64,000 nucleotides of DNA from the NCBI GenBank assembly GCA_963766715.1, contig CAVYBH010000017.1, positions 32,001 to 96,000 on the forward strand, in the 5' to 3' direction. The position numbers were made by a program, and so were the translations under genes. Below the pieces are notes generated by a model. It searched no databases, was not told the DNA's origin, and saw nothing but the letters and a program-made list of their open reading frames with translations. Positions 9,080-18,950 of this stretch are shown one piece after another (within the stretch, counting starts at the first letter, position 1; every line of letters begins with the position of its first letter). This DNA comes from an uncultured delta proteobacterium. Its GTDB lineage: Bacteria > Myxococcota > Myxococcia > Myxococcales > Anaeromyxobacteraceae.

Positions 9080-11885
9080 CTTGTTCTTGAGCGCTATTCA
9101 GACCCGATCCTTGTTCGAGGACACTCCGGCGGCCCGTCGCCGGCTTGTCCTGGCGCTCTACGCCGCGGTGGCACCCGGTTTCGTGGCCTCCATGCTGTTC
9201 CTTCGCAGGGGCCAGGACAACTTCCGTCCGCTCGCCGTCGTCGTCGCACTGATCCTGTCTGGCGCCCTCTGGGTGTTCGTGCGCCGCACGCCCAGCGTTC
9301 TCGATTGGATCTTCCCGGTCTCCGTCGGGCCGACGATTTGCTGCGGCATCGCATATGCCACGTCGGGCGCGACGGGAGATGCATACCTGGCCCTGGTGGG
9401 GGCCCCGCTCGCATGTGCCGCCGCGCTCTTCGAGCTCCCAGTCGTGCTCGCAGCGCTCTCCACGACCATCGCGACGGTCATCGTGTCCTTGTCGTTCCAG
9501 ATGGGCGCCGGGGCGGCAACCGTGGGCACGATGTTGCTTGCGCCAGCCGCTGCCATCGCTGGATGGGTCATCTATTCGTCGGCGAACCAGTTTCGGGTCA
9601 CGCGCCGCAAGCTAGAGGAGGTGGCGTATCGGGATCACGCATTGCTTAGCAATCTTCCCGACGTGCTGGTCCGCACGGATTGCCTGGGTCGAGTCCTCGA
9701 TGTTCACGTCCCGTCGAAGGACGGACTCGCGTCGCCACGCGAGGACCTCGTCGGAAGAAGCATCCACGAACTGGTTCCCGGGGAGGTGGTCGAGAGCATG
9801 CGGGACGCCGTGGCCAAGGCGATCCAGGACGATGCGCCACAGAAGCTCGAGTACGCCAGCCCGGGGCCGCGGGGCGAGCGCTTCTACGAGGCGCGGTTCG
9901 TGCGTTCGGGACCGGACGAGGTCACGGTCATTCGACGGGACATGACAGACCGCCGCCGCGCCGAGGCCGAGCGCCGGTTCTCGGCCGCGCTCCTGAGTCG
10001 CATGCAGGAAGCCGTCATCGCCGTGGATCTGGATCTCGAACGTGGTCTCCTGGACGGGAGGAGCGGAGCGCATCTACGGGTGGACGGAGGCCGAAGTGCT
10101 CGCGAAGACCCGTCGCGTCCTTCGTGCAACCGGACCTCCCCGACGCCGATGCCGCGGCGTACGCGGCGAGCCTGGCGTGGAGAGGAACGGATCACGCCGT
10201 GGTGCGCCAGCGTCGAAAGGACGGGGCCCCGATCACCATTGACTCCAATGTGGCGGCGCTCCACGACGCGGGCGGCAATCTGAAGGGATACCTGGCCGTG
10301 TGCCGGGACGTCACCATCCAGAAGTCTGCCGAGCGAGCACTTCGGGAGAGCGAGGCGGGGTTGCGTGCCTACTTCGAGTCTCCCGCGGTCGGGATCGCCC
10401 TCACGAGCCCCGAGAAGGGATGGATCGAGGTCAACGACCGGATCTGCTCGATGCTCGGGTACTCCCGAGAAGAGCTCTCCCGCATGACCTGGCTGGAGGT
10501 GACCCATCCTGACGACGTGGCAGCCAACCTGGCGGTGTTCGATCGGCTCGTTGGCCGGGTCAGTTCGACAGCTACTCACTCGACAAGCGATTCATCCGCA
10601 AGGACGGGACGACCTTCTGGGCCCTGGTGTCAGCAAGCTGCGTCCGGCGGGCAGACCGGAGCGTCAAGTACGTCGTCTCCATCTACAAGGACATCGAAGG
10701 GCGCAAACGCGCCGAGGAGGCGCTCCGCGAGAGCGAGCGGTGGCTCCGGCTGAGCCAGGAGATCGCCCGGATCGGGCACTACGTGTACGACATCCAGCGA
10801 GATCACTGGACCAGCTCCGCGGCGCTTGAACTCCATCTTCGGCATCGACGGAGTCCTTCCCTCGCAAGGCTGCGGACTGGTCGTGGATCATCCATCACGA
10901 GGATCGGGCCTCGATGGGGGCATACCTCAGCGAGCTCCTCGCGAACGGGACCCGGTTCGACCGGGAGTACCGGGTGGTGAACCAGACCACCGGCGAGACG
11001 TGCTGGGTCCATGGACTCGGGGAACTCACTCGGGGCCCGGACGGCGAGCCCATCCAGCTCGTCGGGACCATCCAGGACGTCACCGTCCGCAGGACAGCGG
11101 AGACCGAACGGAATGCCTTGCAGGCGAAGCTGGCACTCACGGCGCGCCTCGCGGCGATGGGGACGCTGGTGGCGGGGGTCGCGCACGAGATCAACAACCC
11201 GCTGGCTGCCGGGATCGCTGGCCAGGCGCTCGCACTCGAAGACCGCCCGCGAGGCCCGAAAGCGGTTCGGCGGGGAGAACGCCGCTCGATCATGGAGGAA
11301 GAAGTCCGGCTCCTCGACGAGATGATCGACACACTGGAAGACGCGCAGACGGCCGGGATGCGGATTGCGAAGATCGTCAAGGACCTCTCGGCGTTCGGAC
11401 GACCCAATCCGGCCAAGACGAGGGTCCGGCTCGCCGACGTCGTCGATCAGGCCATGAGCTGGCTGCCGGCCGACGGTCAGCCAGGCGGCCACGATCTGGG
11501 TCGAGGACCTGGGCGCTCCGGACGTGCTCGCCGCCAGCAGCCAGATTGAGCAAGTGGTCATCAACTTGATCTCCAACGCCGCCAGGGCCGTCGAGGAAGG
11601 GACGAGAGGAGAGATCGTCATCCGCATCGGAGTAGTCCGCAACCGGGCAAGGCTCGCCTGGAGGTGGTCGACAACGGCGTGGGCATCCCCCCGGCCAACC
11701 TCGAGCGCGTCTTCGAGCCCTTCTTCACGACTCGTCCGGCTGGCGACAAGGGCGGCATCGGGATCGGTCTCGCGATCAGTCATTCCATCGTGGAAGCGCA
11801 CGGTGGTGAGCTGACGGTGAAGAGCGAAGTCGGCAAGGGCTCGACTTTCACGCTCGATCTCCCCGCGGCGCCCGCGAAAGGGTAA
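9080..11885 (+). CDS. Membrane multi-PAS sensor histidine kinase with several frameshifts (start approximate)
   Basis: Several TM helices, about four PAS/PAC segments (SWTGGAERIYGW, EVNDRICSMLGYSREEL, THPDD), AGVAHEINNPL, NLISNA, DNGVGI, FEPFFTT, GIGLAI across frames. Confidence 0.85.
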
Positions 11886-12429
11886 GTTCGGCCGAGGGCC
11901 AAAGGGGATACCGCAATCCCGGAAGACATCCCCGACAGCACCTACGCCACCAGCACCAGCTTCGGGAGCTTGCAGGCGTGGCTGAACTGGCAGCCCCTTC
12001 AGGCCCATCTACGCGGCGCCCCAACCCACGACCCTGCTCCACCTGGGGTTTACTGGCGATGAGACTCTAGCGATCAAGCCGGGGGGAGGGTCCTGCGTTT
12101 CCCTGCCCCGGTGAACCGTCGGCGCCACGCTCACGCCCATGACCAGACCTCGTTAGCGCCCCCTGGGGCGACGCTGCCGCCCCGCCCATGCTCGCTCCGC
12201 CCACACCCTCGGTGCGTGCCGCCACGGGTCTCCTGGTGCGTCGAGGGGCATCTGCTGCCAGGGTGTGCCAGCGTGAGGCCGGCCCGAGAATCGTCCGGTT
12301 CTAGGCCACCATCCCGCACCTCTGCCCGCCTACACTCCACGACCCGCTGATGGGTGGGGTTATTCGGTCCACCCGTTTACGCTACTTTCATCGCCTTCCG
12401 GAGGGTGCTACGCGCGACGCCAGCGGCTC

Positions 12430-13311
12430 GTGCTGCCTCGCCTACTCAGAGACCAACAACAAGCCGAGCACGGTCTGCGGCAAGCGGATCGCGCTTCGGA
12501 ACCACCTCCTGCCCTTCTTCGGGAGCCGAAGGCTGGACGAGATTGGCCCGGCGCTCGTGGAGGAGTTCAAGGCCCGCAAGCTGAACGAGAAGCAGTTGCC
12601 GAAGTCGGTGAACAACCACCTCTGCGTCCTGCGCAAGCTCCTGAACCTTGCTGCCGAGTGGGAGGTCGATTCCCCATGCTCCGCGTGTGAAGCAGCTCAG
12701 GACCACGCCTTCCGAGGTCCGGTTCCTGGCGTTCGACGAAGCAGAGCGATTCACTCGGGCCGCCGCGCCCGAGTGGAAGGCGTTCGTAGTCACGGCCCTC
12801 AAGACCGGCCTCCGGGTCGGCGAACTCCTGGCGCTCAAGTGGTCGGACGTGGATCTCGTCGACGGGCCAACTGCTGGTTCGCCGAACGCTCTGGCGTGAC
12901 CAGGAGGGACCGCCGAAGGGTGGGCGCTCGCGACCCGTGCCGTTGTCAGGGGAAGCCGTGGCGGCATTGAAGGCCCATCGGCATCTTCGGGGATCCTACG
13001 TGTTCTGTGACGAGGCTGGGATCCGGCTCCCGCCCAGCAGTCGATCAAGGACGTGGTGCCCGCGACCTGCACGAAAGGGTCATTGCCGAAGCGGATCACC
13101 ACGCACGGTCTTCGACACACGTTTGCGTAGTCATCTCGTGATGCGCGGAGTGTCGCTCGAAGGCCGTGAAAGAGCTTCTCGGGCACGCGAGCATCGAGAT
13201 GACTCTGCGGTACCCCACCTCACCCCGGATGTCAGGCGGGACGCGGTCGCCCTGCTCGACGGGCCGGTCCTTGAGGCGAGCGGCGTGGCACCAGGGCGTC
13301 ACCAAGCGTAG
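12430..13311 (+). pseudogene. Tyrosine integrase, 5'-truncated and frameshifted
   Basis: NHLLPFFG, TGLRVGELLALKWSDVDL, HGLRHTF, KELLGHASIEMTLRY across frames; no N-terminal arm-binding domain or start seen. Confidence 0.88.
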
Positions 13312-13527
13312 GGCAAAAGAAGACCCCCCGTATTACCGGGGGGGGGGTTGATGGAGCGGGAAAAGGGATGTGAAGTTTGCCAATAGTGAACCGCTAACGT
13401 GGCGTCGGCACTCACCAAGCTCCACGGATGCGCTGCGGCAGAAACCTTTCCCGCCGATGGACGACTAGACACGACTGGACGGAACTGGACACGAGTGGAC
13501 CGACCTCGTGGCACCAGGGTGTCACCA
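13284..13527. mobile_element. attP-like site: arm repeats on both sides of a tRNA-Gly-like core
   Basis: CGTGGCACCAGGG(C/T)GTCACCA at 13284-13304 and 13507-13527; hairpin at 13324-13343; core at 13352-13374 reads TTCACATCCCTTTTCCCGCTCCA on the minus strand. Confidence 0.7.
13461..13500 (+). repeat. Four 10-bp tandem repeats, putative Xis/RDF binding sites
   Basis: acgactagac acgactggac ggaactggac acgagtggac. Confidence 0.6.
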
Positions 13528-13581
13528 GAACCGGTCCTCTCCGACGGGCAGGTTCCGGGGGGCAGCGTCTGTCACTCCGCC

Positions 13582-13791
13582 GTGCCCGTCCCCCTCGACT
13601 GCTCTGGCTCGCTGATGCCAATCCCGCACCTGAAGCCGAACGATGGCATCTACTGCCCGGTCTGCAATCGCAAGGTCCGGCTCACGGTCCCGCCACCGAA
13701 GGGGCTGACCGACCCGTTGCGCGGCTCGGAGTTGGCGCGGGTCCAGGCGCACTGGGCGAACCCGATGAGGGAAACGAGGCCGGGGAACTAG
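13582..13791 (+). CDS. Small Cys/His zinc-ribbon-like protein
   Basis: CSGSLMPIPHLKPNDGIYCPVCNRKVRLTVPPP...ARVQAH; paralogue of the ORF at ~6461. Confidence 0.65.
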   Translation: MPVPLDCSGSLMPIPHLKPNDGIYCPVCNRKVRLTVPPPKGLTDPLRGSELARVQAHWANPMRETRPGN

Positions 13792-13803
13792 TAGTTCTCG
13801 AAC

Positions 13804-14106
13804 GTGAAGGTCAGCTCCGAGACTATTCCGCAGGCGCTGCCGCTGCCTGAGGCGTTCCACGATGGGAAGTGGCGACTCTTGAAGGACGACGGCTCCGGTC
13901 TCGTCGGGACAGGCCTCTTCGACAAGGGCTGCGGGCCTCCCGTCGAGGGCCAGGACGAAGTCTGGGAGGCATGGCAACACGGGTGGCGGCGAAAGGTCGC
14001 CGCATCGGTGAGGACTGGCATCTGCCCCAAGTGCGGCTCTCCCGGGAAGTCCACGGGAACGGAAGGCGTGTGGTTCTGCGAGAACATGCACAAGGATACC
14101 CCATGA
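13804..14106 (+). CDS. Hypothetical protein with C-terminal CPKC...C...H
   Basis: ORF track only; start uncertain. Confidence 0.35.
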   Translation: MKVSSETIPQALPLPEAFHDGKWRLLKDDGSGLVGTGLFDKGCGPPVEGQDEVWEAWQHGWRRKVAASVRTGICPKCGSPGKSTGTEGVWFCENMHKDTP

Positions 14107-14120
14107 AACCCTTGCAATAC

Positions 14121-14197
14121 TGGTGACCCCGGCGTGACTCGAACACGCGACCTGCGGTTTAGGAAACCGCCGCTCTATCCACCTGAGCTACGGGGCC
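14121..14197 (-). tRNA. tRNA-Arg(CCT)
   Basis: GGCCCCGTAGCTCAGGTGGATAGAGCGGCGGTTTCCTAAACCGCAGGTCGCGTGTTCGAGTCACGCCGGGGTCACCA: 77-nt cloverleaf, anticodon CCT, encoded CCA. Confidence 0.97.
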
Positions 14198-14318
14198 TTG
14201 CTCGGAATTCCGCTAGTTACATCGTGTCCGCAGAAACCGCAATCGCTTCGGGATGGACCTCGACGCTGCCGCGGCCGGCGATTGGCGGTGGGCCTGCCGG
14301 TTCCGCTAGGATTCCGCG

Positions 14319-14985
14319 GTGCCCCGGGAGCCCTTCCTTCGTTCGCGCGCAGGCCGCGTGGCCCTGCTGGCGATGCTCGCGGTCGACATCTTCATCATCC
14401 CGGTCCTGCTGACGCTCGACGTCATCCCGATGCGGGTCGGCGACGTCGTCTTCGCGGCCACGATGGTGGTGGCCATCAGCGCCATGGGGACGGGCAAGGG
14501 ACGGCGACTGGTCCTGGCCGTGGCGCTGGCCGCGTTCGTCGTCCAGTTCTTCCGGTTCGTGGAGAAGAACCACGTCCTCGTCGTCATCGACGCGGCCCTC
14601 TCCGCGCTCGCCATGGCGACCTTCGCGGGGATGGTGCTCGTCGACGTCTTCCGGCAGGAACCCGTGCCCGACCGGCTGCTCGACGTGATCCTCGCGTACC
14701 TGCTCATCGGCACCATGTTCGCGTTCGTCTACGAGGCGGTGAACGTCCTCCGTCCCGGGCTCCCTCACCCTCGACGGCCGCGACGTCACCCCCGCCGGCT
14801 ACGTCTACTTCAGCTTCACCACCATGACGAGCGTCGGCTTCGGGGACGCACTTCCCATGAAGCCCGTGTCCCGGGCCATCGCCATGGCCCAGGCGCTCAC
14901 CGGCCAGCTCTACGTCGCCGTCCTCATCGCCCGCTTCGTCGGCGCCAGGCACCGCCCGGCCGGGCGGGATGGCGCGGCCTCGTAA
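14319..14985 (+). CDS. Potassium-channel-like membrane protein (Ion_trans_2), frameshift near 14765
   Basis: TM helices, then YFSFTTMTSVGFGD and ALTGQLYVAVLIARFV in the shifted frame. Confidence 0.8.
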
Positions 14986-15047
14986 AGTGGGCCACACGCC
15001 CCATCTGGCGCGGTTTTCTGGTCGCACTCCCCGATAATCTCCCTCGG

Positions 15048-16169
15048 ATGGCGGCAGCGGAGGCGGCGGTCCACAGGGACGGCGATGGCACACTCGCGGT
15101 CCGGGTGTCCGGCGACTGGTCGCTCCAGGCCGAGGCGCCGTCTCCCCTCGCCATCGAGAAGGAGGTCCGGGACGATCCCCCGAAGCGCCTCGTCTTCCAG
15201 GCGAGCGCGCTGGGCCGGTGGGATTCCGCCCTCGTCTCCTTCCTGGCCTCCATCGCCGAGGTGGCCCGCGAGGAGTCGCTGGCGGTGGAGACGACCGGCC
15301 TGCCCAAGGGGCTCCAGCACCTGCTCGCGCTCGCAGCGGGGCCCCGCCGCCCCATTCCCCCTCCCCCTCCGCACCAGCCCCTGCCCACGCGGATCGGGGT
15401 CGCCGGCATCGACTTCGGCGCACACGCCACGGGAATGCTGGACTTCGTCGGCCGCGCCTCGCTCGCGGTCTGGGGCGTCCTCATCGGCCGGGGCCACTTC
15501 GAGCGGCGCGACTTCTGGCTCCTGATCGAGCAGACCGGGGGCGCCGCCCTGCCGCTCGTCGCGGTCATCAACTTCCTGGTGGGCGCGGTCCTCGCCTTCC
15601 TGGGAGCGGTCCAGCTCGAGCAGTTCAACGCCACCATCTACGTGGCCAACCTGGTGGGCGTGGGGTCGGTCCGGGAGACCGGCGCCCTGATGACCGGCAT
15701 CGTCATGGCGGGGCGCACCGGGGCCTCGTTCGCGGCCGTGCTCGGCACGATGACCGTGAACTCGGAGGTCGACGCCCTCGAGACCATGAACTTCCCGCCG
15801 ATGGAGTTCCTGGTCGCGCCCCGCATCCTGGCGATGATCCTCATGATGCCGCTGCTCGTCCTGTACGCGGACCTCTTCGGGATCCTGGGCGGCTACGTGG
15901 TGGCGGTCGGACTGCTCCACCTGACCCCGGCGCTCTACCTGACCCAGACCCGCGAGGCCATGGTGTTCGGCGACGTGATGGTCGGCCTGCTGAAGGCTCC
16001 CGCCTTCGGCGCCGTGGTGGCGCTCGCCGGGACCTACTTCGGCATGACGACCGGGCGGACGGCGTCCTCGGTGGGCACCTCCACCACCCGGGCGGTGGTC
16101 TCCGGCATCCTGCTCGTCATCGTCGTCGACGCGATCCTCACCGTCTTCTTCTACGCGGTTCACCTCTAG
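15048..16169 (+). CDS. mlaE: MlaE-family ABC permease with N-terminal STAS-like domain
   Basis: RETGALMTGIVMAGRTGASFAAVLGTM, EVDALETM, VGTSTTRAVV. Confidence 0.9.
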   Translation: MAAAEAAVHRDGDGTLAVRVSGDWSLQAEAPSPLAIEKEVRDDPPKRLVFQASALGRWDSALVSFLASIAEVAREESLAVETTGLPKGLQHLLALAAGPRRPIPPPPPHQPLPTRIGVAGIDFGAHATGMLDFVGRASLAVWGVLIGRGHFERRDFWLLIEQTGGAALPLVAVINFLVGAVLAFLGAVQLEQFNATIYVANLVGVGSVRETGALMTGIVMAGRTGASFAAVLGTMTVNSEVDALETMNFPPMEFLVAPRILAMILMMPLLVLYADLFGILGGYVVAVGLLHLTPALYLTQTREAMVFGDVMVGLLKAPAFGAVVALAGTYFGMTTGRTASSVGTSTTRAVVSGILLVIVVDAILTVFFYAVHL

Positions 16170-16178
16170 GAACGCACC

Positions 16179-16951
16179 GTGCCCGCCCCCTCCCTCCCCC
16201 GACACCGACCTCGTGACCGTGGAGGGGATGACCATGGCCTACGGGGACTTCGTGGTGCAGCGGGACGTCTCCTTCACCATCCGGCGCGGCACGGTCTTCG
16301 TGGTGATGGGCGACAGCGGCAGCGGGAAGAGCACGCTCATGCGCCACATGATCGGCCTGGATCGTCCGCGGAGCGGGGACGTCCGGTACGACGGGACGCC
16401 CTACTGGGGCTCCTCCGAGGCCGAGCAGCGTCGCCTCCGCCAGCGCTTCGGCGTGCTCTTCCAGGGCGCCGGCCTCCTCAGCTCGATGACCCTCTCCGAG
16501 AACATCTCCCTCCCGCTGCTGCAGCACCTGAAGGTGCCCCGCGAGGAGGCTCGCGAGGTCTCGGTCACCAAGCTCTCCCTGGTGGGACTGGGCGGGTTCG
16601 AGGACAGCTATCCGTCGGAGGTGAGCGGCGGCATGCGCAACCGGGCCGGGCTGGCGCGCGCCCTGGCCCTCGATCCCGACATCCTCTTCCTCGACGAGCC
16701 GTCGGCCGGCCTCGACCCGCTCTCGGCACGCCACCTCGACGACCTGATCCTCGAGCTCCGGGCCAGCCTCGGCACGACGTTCGTCGTCATCACCCACGAG
16801 CTGCCGAGCATCTTCGCCATCGCCGACGACAGCATCTTCCTCGACGGGGAGCGGCACATGATGATGGGACACGGTCCGCCGAAGGAGATGGCGGCGCAAC
16901 ACGACGGATCCGAAGGTCAAGGCCTTCCTGGAACGGGGGCAGTACCCATGA
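16179..16951 (+). CDS. mlaF: MlaF-family ABC ATPase (indels near both ends)
   Basis: GDSGSGKST, VLFQ, VSGGM, LFLDEPSAGLDP, ITHE. Confidence 0.9.
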
Positions 16952-17899
16952 CGAGAGCGAACCCCAAGGTCGTGGGCGGCTTCATCATCGGGGGGACGAT
17001 GCTCCTCCTGGTGGCGATCGCCGCGCTCGTCTCCGGAAAGTTCTTCACCCACAACACCACGTTCGTCTCCTTCTTCCCGGAGTCGGTGCGCGGCCTCCAG
17101 ATCGGCTCCCCGGTCACCTTCCGGGGCGTCCCGCTCGGCCAGGTGACGGCCATCGAGGCCTTCATGGCCCCCGGCGGCGCGGGCATCAACATCGAGGTCA
17201 CCTTCGAGGTGAACCTCGATCGCATCCACGGCACGGACGGCGGGGCGAACCAGCTCCAGGGCATGAGCGCGACGGCCGCCGCCAAGCTGCTCGGCGAGCA
17301 GGGGCTGCGGGCCCAGCTGCAGGCCACCAGCCTCGTCACCGGCCAGCTCTACATCGACCTCGACTTCCACCCCGACCAGCCCCCGCGCATGCTGGACGTG
17401 CCCGCCCCCTACCCCCAGATCCCCACCTCGCCCACCAAGCTCCAGGTCCTGGGCGACCGGATCGAGAAGCTGGCCACCGTCATCTCCGACCTGCCCTTCG
17501 ACCAGATCGCCAACGAGCTCTCCCAGACGCTCGTCGCCATCCGCGACCTGGCCCGGTCCCCGGAGATCCGGCAGGTCCTCGTCTCGGCGGGAGGCGCGGG
17601 CAAGGACCTCTCCAAGACCTTCGCGAACGTCGATCGGCTGGTGAACGAGCTCCGGAGCAAGGTGGGCGAGGCCGACGTGAGGCAGATCGTGAGCGACCTG
17701 CACGGGACGCTGGATGCGGCGGAGAAGGGTCTCGTCCAGATCCAGGTCGACCCTCGCGAACACGTCGGGCGCCCAGCGAGAGTTCTCCCACACCCTCTCG
17801 GAGATCTCCCGGGCCGCCGCGGCGGTCCGCGTCCTCGCCGAGTACCTGGAGCGCAACCCGTCCTCCCTCGTGGCGGGGAAGCCGGCGCCGGCCAAGTGA
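16948..17899 (+). CDS. MCE/MlaD-family protein, frameshift near 17750
   Basis: VGGFII, SVRGLQIGSPVTFRGVPLGQV, SLVTGQLYIDL, YLERNPSSLVAGK. Confidence 0.88.
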
Positions 17900-17907
17900 G
17901 GAACCCC

Positions 17908-18509
17908 ATGCGACGCGTCTCCCCGATCCTGGCTGCGCTGCTCGCTCCTCTCGACGGCGTGCTTCGGCACCTCCCCGCCGTCCAAGTTCTACGTGCTCTC
18001 TCCCAGCCCGGCCGGCGCGTCGGCGCGTCCCCTCGACGGGACCGGACGGCGCCCTGGGCATCATGCCGACGCGGGTGGCGGCCTACCTCGACGGGCCGCA
18101 GATCGTCACGTTCCTGGGGAACAACGAGGTCGCCCTGGACGAGTACAACCGATGGGCCGAGCCCGTCAGCGCGGGGGTCTCCCGGGTGCTCGCCCAGAAC
18201 CTCTCCGCGCTCCTGCCGACCTGGCGGGTGCTGCCCCAGCCCTGGGACCCCATCGTCCCGCTCCGCGCACGCGTGCTGGTCGAGATCACCGCGCTGGGCT
18301 GGAACAAGGCCGGCGAGGCGCGGCTCGAAGGCAACTGGGCCGTCGTCGTCGGCCAGAACGACCTGGCCGTGGCCCGCGGCCGCGCGGTCCTGCGGCGGGA
18401 GATCGCCGGCTCGGGTCCGGACGCCGGCGTCGCCGCCACGAGCGCGCTCCTCGACGACATGGCGAGGGAGATCGCCATCGCCGTGCGTGCGGTTCCCCCG
18501 GCGAAGTGA
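17908..18509 (+). CDS. PqiC-like ABC auxiliary lipoprotein, frameshifted
   Basis: C-FGTSPPSKFYVL start, YLDGPQIV, RWAEP, LAQNLS. Confidence 0.82.
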
Positions 18510-18526
18510 GCGCCGGGGCGCGGCCC

Positions 18527-18919
18527 TCACTTCCGGAGGATGCGCAGCGCCGCCGCCGGCGCGTCGACCGCCAGGAACAGGCTCACCTGGCTGGCGCTGT
18601 GCGCCGTCCCCACGTACCCGTAGTGGATGTTGATCCCTGCGGCGCCGAGCTTGTCGGCGACCCGGGCCAGCGCGCCCGGCCGGTCGGAGATCCGGACCTC
18701 GACCAGCTCGTCGACGGTGGTCTTCCATCCCTGGGCCTGGAAGACCTTGCGGGCGACCGCCGGGCGATCGACCACCAGCCGGACGAATCCCTTCCCTCCC
18801 AGGCTGGAGGCCATGAAGGCCCGGATGTCCACCTTCTTCGCCCCGAGCGCCTCGGCGACCGCACCGAGCGTTCCAGGACGGTCCTCGACCCACGCGGAGA
18901 TCTGCTTGACCTTGGGCAT
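18527..18919 (-). CDS. Tandem ACT-domain protein
   Basis: QISAWVEDRPGTL and SDRPGALARVADKLGAAGINI. Confidence 0.9.
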   Translation of the reverse strand: MPKVKQISAWVEDRPGTLGAVAEALGAKKVDIRAFMASSLGGKGFVRLVVDRPAVARKVFQAQGWKTTVDELVEVRISDRPGALARVADKLGAAGINIHYGYVGTAHSASQVSLFLAVDAPAAALRILRK

Positions 18920-18950
18920 GGGGGTCCCTTAGCGGGGGGCCGATCCGGTC

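Larger units (their letters stand above)
6224..14161. mobile_element. Genomic island integrated in tRNA-Arg(CCT), about 7.9 kb
   Basis: Flanking direct repeat of the tRNA 3' half, integrase remnant, short atypical ORFs and visibly weaker GC3 bias than the flanks. Confidence 0.9.

Noticed and set aside
13461..13527. CRISPR-like repeats
   Set aside because: 10-bp tandem units without spacers and no cas genes; the context is an att arm.
14319..18633. Channel-MlaE and MlaF-MlaD fusions suggested by the ORF track
   Set aside because: Each join passes through non-protein-like sequence caused by an indel; proper stops exist in the corrected frames.
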